DNA from: Alphaproteobacteria bacterium | GTDB lineage: Bacteria > Pseudomonadota > Alphaproteobacteria > UBA8317 | Reading direction: 5' to 3' | NCBI GenBank assembly: GCA_038131935.1 | Contig: JAYPQH010000002.1 | Location: 1-52,386 of the forward strand | Length of the DNA: 52,386 bases | Part shown: piece after piece, positions 45,214 through 52,386 of the stretch | Numbering within the stretch: the stretch's first letter is position 1 | Layout: every line of letters starts with the position of its first letter | Translations under genes and position numbers: made by a program | Notes under the pieces: model-generated | The model's input: the letters and a program-made list of their open reading frames with translations, nothing else | Told to the model about the DNA's origin: nothing | Database searches by the model: none

Positions 45214-46574
45214 ATGGCGACAAATATTTTAATGCCTGCATTATCGCCCACGATGGAATCTGGTAAACTTGCGCGTTGGTGTAAAAAAATAGGTGATGAG
45301 ATTCGTTCAGGGGATATCCTCGCCGAGATTGAAACAGACAAAGCCACCATGGAAGTTGAAGCGGTTGACGAGGGTATATTGACATCCATCCTGGTGCCGG
45401 AGAACTCCGAAGATGTTGCTGTGAATTCTGTCATTGCCATTTTAGATGGTGATGGTTCAGAAGATGCGGCATCAATCTCAGCTTCCACAGAAGATACCCC
45501 TGTTGCACCATTGCATGAAAACGTGATGGCATCTTCAATAAGTGCAGCTGAACCGGTAGTAGCTCAGGCCGCTAACAAGGAAGTTATTTCTGGCCGCATG
45601 ATGACGGTGAGGGAAGCTCTACGTGATGCTATGGCTGAGGAAATGCGCCGGAATGATGATGTTTTTGTTATGGGTGAGGAAGTTGCGCAGTATCAAGGTG
45701 CCTATAAAGTTACCCAAGGCCTGTTGGATGAATTTGGTGACCGTCGGGTGATTGATACGCCTATTACTGAACATGGTTTCGCTGGGCTTGGAGTGGGTGC
45801 AGCTTTTGCAGGTCTACGTCCGGTGGTTGAATTTATGACATTCAATTTTGCAATGCAGGCAATTGACCATATCGTCAACTCAGCAGCTAAGACATTATAC
45901 ATGTCAGGAGGCGCTATTCGTTGTCCTATTGTTTTTCGAGGGCCTAATGGCGCGGCAGCTCGTGTTGCGGCACAGCATTCACAAGATTATGCAGCTTGGT
46001 ATGCGCATTTGCCTGGTTTGAAAGTTGTAATGCCTTACACGGCTTCTGATTTTAAAGGGCTTTTAAAGTCTGCTATCAGAGACCCTAACCCTGTCGTGTT
46101 TTTGGAGAATGAAATCCTTTATGGGAAGTCATTTGAAGTTCCTGATGATGATGAGTACTTGGTGCCCATCGGAAAAGCCAGGTTGGCGCGTGAAGGAGAG
46201 GATGCCACGATTGTAAGTTTTGGTATTGGCATGACTTACGCTGAAGCTGCTGCTGATATATATTGGCTGAACAGAATATCCATGTAGAGATTATAGATTT
46301 ACGTACCATTCGGCCCATGTATTTTGCAGCGGTTCTTGCCTCGGTTCGTAAAACACATCGTTGTGTTACAGTTGAAGAAGGCTTCCCTCAGGGGTCTGTT
46401 GGGTCTGAAATTTCTGCACGTTTGATGGAGCAAGGTTTTGATGATCTAGACGCACCAGTAATCCGCATAACCGGCAAAGATGTTCCTATGCCTTATGCTG
46501 CGAATTTGGAGAAACTTGCATTGCCCACGGTAGATGAGGTTGTGTCTGCTGTAAAATCCGTTTGTTATCGTTGA
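45214..46574 (+). CDS. pdhB: Pyruvate dehydrogenase E1 beta with N-terminal lipoyl domain (frameshift near 46258)
   Basis: Lipoyl motif ETDKATME, then [15 protein letters not shown] and FNFAMQAID; the C-terminus lies in ORF 46263..46574. Confidence 0.95.
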
Positions 46575-46583
46575 GGTTAACCC

Positions 46584-47861
46584 ATGGCTATCGATATTCT
46601 GATGCCCGCATTGTCACCTACCATGGAGTCTGGAAAATTGGCTCGATGGTGCAAACAACCCGGTGAGAAGGTTTCTGCTGGTGATATTCTTGCTGAGATT
46701 GAAACTGACAAAGCTACCATGGAAGTAGAAGCGGTAGATGAAGGTATCATGGCCGTGCATCTGGTAGATGAAGGCACAGACGGGGTGGCTGTTAATTCTG
46801 TCATTGCAAGACTAGCAGAAGATGGTGAAGACATTGAAGTCATTGCATCATCAGCGTCACCCAAACAAGACAATGCTGTTTCTGGCGATCAGACTAAGGA
46901 CGACAACATGTCCGCTCACGCATTAGAAACACCAGAAGTTTCTGCCGAACCTGCCCATGTTGTACCGCATCAAACGGGTCAAGCGTCAAAGCGCCGAAAG
47001 GCATCGCCTCTGGCACGTCGTTTGGCGGCTCTGCATAACCTTGAACTGGTAAATATCGAAGGTTCTGGACCCGGTGGTAGAATTGTAAAAAGAGATATTG
47101 ATAAAGCACTGGTTCAGCCGAAATCGGCAGTGTCGCAAGCTACACAATCACCAGCCCCAGTAACAACTGCCCAAGCAGGTGAAACAACCAAGATTCCATT
47201 AGATGGAATGCGTAAGACAATTGCGGCACGTCTGAGTGAAGCCAAACGTGAAATTCCACATTTCTATCTAACGCTAGATTGTCAACTTGATGATCTATTA
47301 ACTGCCCGTAAAGCCTTAAATAGTCGGATGGATGATGCAAAGATTTCTGTAAACGACTTCATTATTAAAGCTCTTGGACTCGCGTTGCGGGATGTTCCAG
47401 AAGCTAATGCTCAGTGGGCAGGGGACCATATCGTGCGTCTACACACCAGTGATGTTGCCGTGGCGGTAGCGATAGAAGGTGGTTTGTTTACGCCTGTTCT
47501 TCGCGATGTTCAAACCAAAGGGTTAAAAGAAATTTCATCTGAAATGAAGCATTTAGCAGACCTTGCTCGAAAGCGAAGGCTTACACCCGATCAGTATACA
47601 GGCGGAAGTACATCGATTTCTAACCTTGGCATGTTTGGTATTAAAAACTTCCAAGCGGTCATCAATCCTCCACATGCGTCAATTCTAGCTGTTGGAGCAG
47701 GAGAAGAGAGGGTTGTTTCAAGGGGTGGTCAAATTACATCTGCCAATATGATGAGTGTAACATTGTCTTGTGACCACCGTGTTGTGGATGGAGCTTTGGG
47801 TGCAGAGCTTTTACAAGCATTCAAGCATTATATAGAAAATCCGGTGGCGTTAGCATTATGA
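46584..47861 (+). CDS. pdhC: Dihydrolipoamide acetyltransferase (E2)
   Basis: Lipoyl motif ETDKATME, E3-binding ASPLARRLA...GSGPGGRI and catalytic DHRVVDG. Confidence 0.96.
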   Translation: MAIDILMPALSPTMESGKLARWCKQPGEKVSAGDILAEIETDKATMEVEAVDEGIMAVHLVDEGTDGVAVNSVIARLAEDGEDIEVIASSASPKQDNAVSGDQTKDDNMSAHALETPEVSAEPAHVVPHQTGQASKRRKASPLARRLAALHNLELVNIEGSGPGGRIVKRDIDKALVQPKSAVSQATQSPAPVTTAQAGETTKIPLDGMRKTIAARLSEAKREIPHFYLTLDCQLDDLLTARKALNSRMDDAKISVNDFIIKALGLALRDVPEANAQWAGDHIVRLHTSDVAVAVAIEGGLFTPVLRDVQTKGLKEISSEMKHLADLARKRRLTPDQYTGGSTSISNLGMFGIKNFQAVINPPHASILAVGAGEERVVSRGGQITSANMMSVTLSCDHRVVDGALGAELLQAFKHYIENPVALAL

Positions 47862-49252
47862 GCGAGCAAGAATTTGATTTTTTGGTAATTGGTGCAGGAC
47901 CTGGCGGGTATGTGTCTGCTATTAGGGCTGCTCAATTAGGTTTGAAGGCAGCCATCGTTGAAAAAGAACATTATGGTGGCATTTGCCTAAATTGGGGCTG
48001 TATCCCTACCAAGGCATTATTGCGTTCAGCTGAAGTTTTAGAATTGGTTAGACATTCAGAACGTTATGGAGTGAAGCAAACAACAGCGGTTGCGGATCTG
48101 CCTGCAATGGTTAAAAGATCGCGTGATGTGGCGAAACAATTGAACTCCGGCGTTCAGCATTTGTTAAAGAAGAATAAAGTCACGACCTTTAATGGTCATG
48201 GTAAGTTGGTAGGCAAACAACTGGTGGAAGTTACCTCTGAAAAAGGTGTATCTAAGATTAGGGCCAAAAATATTGTTGTTGCCACAGGTGCACGGGCAAG
48301 AATATTGCCTGGGATGGAACCTGATGGATCTAGGATTATGTCCTATCGTGAAGCGATGATTGGTGAGCAAATTCCAGATCATTTGGTTGTTGTGGGCACG
48401 GGTGCAATTGGTGTTGAGTTTGCGAGCTTCTATCGTTCTTTAGGTGCAGCCGTTACTCTTGTTGAAATGGTTGATCGTATTCTTCCTGCTGAGGATGCGG
48501 AAATTGCTCAATTGGCAGCAAAATCATTCACCAAAGCAGGCATGAAAATCATGACAGGTGCTAAAGTGAGCTCTGTTGAAAAAGTCGATCAAGGCTTAAA
48601 AGTTACAGTGCAAACTGCGGATGGGCCAAAGGTTTTGGACGCGAGCCATTTGTTAAGTGCGGTTGGTGTGGTGGCCAACATCGAAGACATCGGACTCGAA
48701 GATCTTGGGGTTAAACTGGAGCGTGGTTGCATTCAAGCGAACGCGCATGGTCAAACAAACCTTTCGTGGCTTTACGCTATCGGTGATGTGACAGCCGGGC
48801 CATGGTTGGCGCATAAGGCATCACATGAGGGGGTCATGGTTGCAGAACACGCAGCGGGTCTTCATCCCCATTCTTTGGACAAGAGTCGGATACCTGGATG
48901 TACTTATGCTCATCCTCAAGTGGCCTCTATTGGCCTTTCTGAACAAAAGGCAAAAGAAGAAGGCTACGAAGTTCGCATTGGCAGATTTCCTTTTATGGGC
49001 AACGGGAAAGCCTTGGCGTTAGGTGAGGCTGAAGGGCTTGTAAAAACTGTTTTTGACGCCAAAACAGGTGAGTTGCTTGGTGCCCATATGATTGGTGCGG
49101 AGGTAACAGAGCTTATCCAAGGTTTTGCGGTAGCCATAGGGTTGGAAACCACGGAAGAAGATCTTATGAATATTATTTTTCCACATCCTACCCTTTCAGA
49201 AATGATGCATGAAAGTGTTCTTAGTGCTTATGGTCGAGCGATACATATTTAA
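47858..49252 (+). CDS. lpdA: Dihydrolipoyl dehydrogenase (E3)
   Basis: Motifs GAGPGGY, GGICLNWGCIPTK and HPTLSE. Confidence 0.97.
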   Translation: MSEQEFDFLVIGAGPGGYVSAIRAAQLGLKAAIVEKEHYGGICLNWGCIPTKALLRSAEVLELVRHSERYGVKQTTAVADLPAMVKRSRDVAKQLNSGVQHLLKKNKVTTFNGHGKLVGKQLVEVTSEKGVSKIRAKNIVVATGARARILPGMEPDGSRIMSYREAMIGEQIPDHLVVVGTGAIGVEFASFYRSLGAAVTLVEMVDRILPAEDAEIAQLAAKSFTKAGMKIMTGAKVSSVEKVDQGLKVTVQTADGPKVLDASHLLSAVGVVANIEDIGLEDLGVKLERGCIQANAHGQTNLSWLYAIGDVTAGPWLAHKASHEGVMVAEHAAGLHPHSLDKSRIPGCTYAHPQVASIGLSEQKAKEEGYEVRIGRFPFMGNGKALALGEAEGLVKTVFDAKTGELLGAHMIGAEVTELIQGFAVAIGLETTEEDLMNIIFPHPTLSEMMHESVLSAYGRAIHI

Positions 49253-49255
49253 CCC

Positions 49256-50185
49256 ATGAATAATTTGGTTCGACATCCTGAAAAGAAACAACGTCCTGAT
49301 AGGTTGGGTGCAAAGCGTCCTGACTGGATAAAAGTTCGTGCGCCTGCTGGTGATGTTTTTTCTGAAACAAGAAACATCATGCGTGAGCAGAAATTGCATA
49401 CCGTGTGTGAAGAAGCTGGCTGTCCAAATATTGGGGAATGTTGGTCCAAAAAGCACGCAACGATGTTAATTATGGGCGATATTTGTACCCGTGCATGTGA
49501 TTTTTGTAATGTCATTACTGGAAAGCCAGAGGCTCTTGATGCCTTTGAGCCTGGTCGCGTTGCATTGTCTGTAGCCCAATTGGGATTGCGTCATGTTGTG
49601 GTGACATCTGTGGATCGTGATGATCTCGAAGATGGTGGTGCTGAACATTATGCTCAAACCATTCGGGCTATTAGACATCGTGTTCCTGATTGTTCTATTG
49701 AAGTGCTTACGCCAGATTTCCTTCGAAAACCTGGTGCGTTAGAAGTTGTTGTTGATGCAGGTCCAGACGTTTTCAACCATAACTTGGAGACCGTTCCGTC
49801 TTTGTACCCGTCAGTGCGTCCAGGTGCACGATATTTTCATTCACTGCGCTTACTTGAGCAAGCAAAGGCCCGGATGCCACAAATTTTTACCAAGTCAGGA
49901 TTGATGGTTGGTTTAGGTGAAGAGCGTGATGAGTTGATGCAAGTGATGGATGACATGAGGATTGCTGGTGTAGATTTTTTGACCATCGGACAATACCTAC
50001 AGCCTACCTTAAAGCATCACCCTGTTGTTCGCTATTATCATCCAGAAGAATTTCAAGAATTGGAAAGTTTGGCGAGAGGTAAGGGATTTCTTTTGGTATC
50101 AGCGTCGCCTATGACCCGTTCAAGTTATCATGCAGATGAAGATTTTCAGGAATTACGCTCCCGTCGGCAAGCCTTAGGATCGTAA
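49256..50185 (+). CDS. lipA: Lipoyl synthase
   Basis: Motifs [20 protein letters not shown] and RSSYHA. Confidence 0.97.
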   Translation: MNNLVRHPEKKQRPDRLGAKRPDWIKVRAPAGDVFSETRNIMREQKLHTVCEEAGCPNIGECWSKKHATMLIMGDICTRACDFCNVITGKPEALDAFEPGRVALSVAQLGLRHVVVTSVDRDDLEDGGAEHYAQTIRAIRHRVPDCSIEVLTPDFLRKPGALEVVVDAGPDVFNHNLETVPSLYPSVRPGARYFHSLRLLEQAKARMPQIFTKSGLMVGLGEERDELMQVMDDMRIAGVDFLTIGQYLQPTLKHHPVVRYYHPEEFQELESLARGKGFLLVSASPMTRSSYHADEDFQELRSRRQALGS

Positions 50186-50188
50186 TAT

Positions 50189-50656
50189 ATGCCCAAAAGA
50201 CATGAAACACGGCATTTACCCTTTGCCGCAAATGATATGTTGGAACTTGTTGCAGATGTGGGTTCATATCCTAAATTTTTGCCATGGTGTCATGCTGTTC
50301 GTTTGCGCAAAGCTTGGCAAGAAGGCCATTGCTCAGGCTTTGAAGCTGATATGGTCATTAAGTTCAAGATGTTCACAGAAACTTTCACCTCAGCTGTGAG
50401 TGTTGACCATGCCAATAATAGCTTGAAAGTAGAATATGTTCGTGGCCCATTTCAAAACCTTACGAATTCCTGGAAATTTGTAGATGACGAGACAGGTTGT
50501 CATTTAGACTTTTTTGTTGATTTTTCATTTCGAAATTTTATTTTGCAAAAGGTTGTGACAGCTCTGTTTGACGAGGCTATGGGCAAGGTTGTGGGCGCTT
50601 TTGAAACCCGTGCCCACGCAATCTATTCCACCAAAAATTCACTGAAGGCGCGTTAA
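50189..50656 (+). CDS. ratA: START-domain RatA/PasT/Coq10-family protein
   Basis: Motifs LVADVGSYPKFLPWC, GPFQNLTNSWKF and AFETRA. Confidence 0.88.
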   Translation: MPKRHETRHLPFAANDMLELVADVGSYPKFLPWCHAVRLRKAWQEGHCSGFEADMVIKFKMFTETFTSAVSVDHANNSLKVEYVRGPFQNLTNSWKFVDDETGCHLDFFVDFSFRNFILQKVVTALFDEAMGKVVGAFETRAHAIYSTKNSLKAR

Positions 50657-51113
50657 CACTTGTTTCAAGGCTTCCATTGCTGCTGCATGACGGACTTCTT
50701 GCCTTGAACCCGTGAAAATATGCTTTTCCACTTGAGTTTGGTTGTTGTGAGAGGTTGCAATATATACCAAACCAACTGGTTTTTCAGGGCTACCACCACC
50801 TGGTCCCGCGATCCCCGTGATAGCGATCGATAATGCGCCTTCAAACTGTTGTGAACAACCCTCGGCCATAAAGTGAGCAGTTTCAGGGCTAACAGCACCA
50901 TGGATTTGCAAGCATTCTTCAGGGACTGACAGCAGTTTCTGTTTTGCACTATTGGCGTAGGTCACAAAGCCACCCAAATAGCATACCGAGGAATTTGGTA
51001 TTGCCGTGAGAGATGCTCCTACCATACCCCCCGTGCAGCTCAGCTGTAGCGATTTTAACGTGAGCGCGCTTGGCATGTTCCAAAACGTCATAAGCTAGAT
51101 CCTCTAAAAGCAT
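50639..51113 (-). CDS. cinA: CinA C-terminal / PncC-like NMN deamidase (frameshift near 51039)
   Basis: ATG 51113 (TAATG overlap with ispDF) gives MLLEDLAYDV...KIATAE(S)CTGG, followed by HGAVS and ITGIAGPGGG..EKPVG. Confidence 0.9.
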
Positions 51114-52236
51114 TACATTCTCCTCATGGTAACAACAGCCATGGCTGCCAAGCCTTCCTCACGACCGGTAAATCCAAGCTTTTCCGTTGTTGTTGCTTTA
51201 ATATTCACGGAGGATATTGGCAATTGACAAATATCGGCGATACTTTTTGTATTGCATCTCATAGGTGAAATTTTTGGCTTTTCACCAATGATTGTGGCGT
51301 CAATATGTACCAATGAACATAATTTTTGTGATGCCAGTTCAATGACTTTTCTTAAAAAAACATCTGAGGCTTTGTTTTTCCATTGAGCATCTGATGGCGG
51401 AAAATGTTGGCCAATATCACCTAAACCTGAAGCGCCACAGACGGCATCGGTAATGGCGTGAAGTAAAACATCAGCATCAGAATGCCCCACAAGTTCCAAT
51501 TCACAGGCAATATGCACACCACCAAGCATCATTCCGGTTCCCTCGCGGAGTTGATGAACATCAAAACCCTGGCCCACAACAGAAAACGAAGCATCCTGTA
51601 ATTTGCGCATCATATCTAAGTCCTCTGGATAGGTGATTTTAAAATTGTGACGCGAACCCAATACTGCTTTGAGTTGATAGCCTGCATTCAGCATACTGGA
51701 AGCATCATCAGTTGTATCAGTCGTATCTTGTTCGAGTATATCTTTATAGGTTTGATAATGTACGGCTTGTGGTGTTTGCATGGCATCTAAGCCATCGCGT
51801 GATACGTCTTCCCAACCTTTGGAAGATTTGCGTCTTACGGTATCCGCTATGGGTAGGTAGGAACCACAATATGTTTGTGATCAACTGCATCCATCACCCT
51901 TGTGATCAAGCCATGATCTATACCACAACGAGCTGCATCATGAATGAGCACGAATTATGGGTTATGTTCTGACAGAGATTTTAAACCAGACAAGACGGAG
52001 TCTTTGCGGGAGGCTCCTCCTGAACATGTTACAATATGAGCGGGAAGATTATGATCATGATGATCAGGCAAGACTACGCTGATAACGTCCACATGGGGAT
52101 GAGTGTCGAAGACATGAACCGTTTGTCCCAAGATGGTGCGTTCACCCAAAAAAGGAAGGAACTGCTTGGGTGTTTCAGCGTTCATGCGCGAGCCTGACCC
52201 TGCTGCGACGATGATAACAGCAAAACGAGCGGTCAT
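51113..52236 (-). CDS. ispDF: Bifunctional IspD/IspF (in-frame TAA at 51955-51957 and frameshift near 51855)
   Basis: IspD motifs IVAAGSGSRM..PKQF, VLIHDAAR, QTPQ and KITYPED; IspF motifs GQGFDVH, GHSDADV, DIGQHFP and KATTTEKLGFTGREEG. Confidence 0.92.
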
Positions 52237-52306
52237 TATTCTGTTGCTCCTGTGTAATAACTTAAGGCAATGAATGGCTATAACATGTTTGGAACCTTTT
52301 TCGCCC

Positions 52307-52386
52307 ATGACAACAATGCGTTGCCCAAAATCTGAAAAGTTTTTTAGCCTAGGTTTCCGCCATAGGGTCATTTTAGCACCTTTATC
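52307..52386 (+). CDS. dusB: Probable tRNA-dihydrouridine synthase DusB (3'-partial)
   Basis: MTTMRCPKSEKFFSLGFRHRVILAPL(S) resembles the Dus N-terminal LAPMSG motif. ispDF is usually divergent from dusB-ntrBC in alphaproteobacteria. Confidence 0.6.
   Translation, partial: MTTMRCPKSEKFFSLGFRHRVILAPL

Noticed and set aside
50189-50656. RatA as a toxin-antitoxin system
   Set aside because: No RatB/PasI partner is adjacent. The lipA-linked START protein is more plausibly the Coq10-like quinone-binding protein.
51955-51957. In-frame TAA inside ispD as possible stop-codon reassignment or a split ispD
   Set aside because: TAA terminates many genes normally in this window, and a frameshift follows about 100 nt later. 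A base-call error is the simpler explanation.

Overview
Densely coding, conserved housekeeping backbone of an alphaproteobacterium (inferred from gene order, lpxI, lipoyl-domain PdhB, short ProRS and GTTC-N7-GTTC LexA boxes). Order on +: nuoMN-birA-coaX-rnj-mce-DUF1467-proS-lolC/E-lolD-[small ORF]-dnaE, then rpsB-tsf-pyrH-frr-uppS-cdsA-dxr-rseP-bamA-skp-lpxD-fabZ-lpxA-lpxI-lpxB. A minus-strand block (ppiD-trpEGDC-moaC-moeA, lexA, gltX, gltA) follows. Then tpiA-secG-pyrG-kdsA-eno-ftsB-pdhABC-lpdA-lipA-ratA (+), cinA and ispDF (-), and the start of a probable dusB. I see no mobile elements, CRISPR arrays, rRNA or tRNA. About 19 mostly essential genes carry 1-2 nt indels or a premature stop, usually in short runs. 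These are best explained as long-read consensus errors, so I report those genes as restored CDSs. The most interesting element is not in the ORF track. It is a 28-aa single-TM peptide gene (9946-10032) between lolD and dnaE, behind two perfect, inverted LexA boxes that cover the predicted -10 and the RBS. It is a probable SidA-like SOS division inhibitor. The two boxes could also fold into an RBS-occluding hairpin, but only on read-through transcripts.
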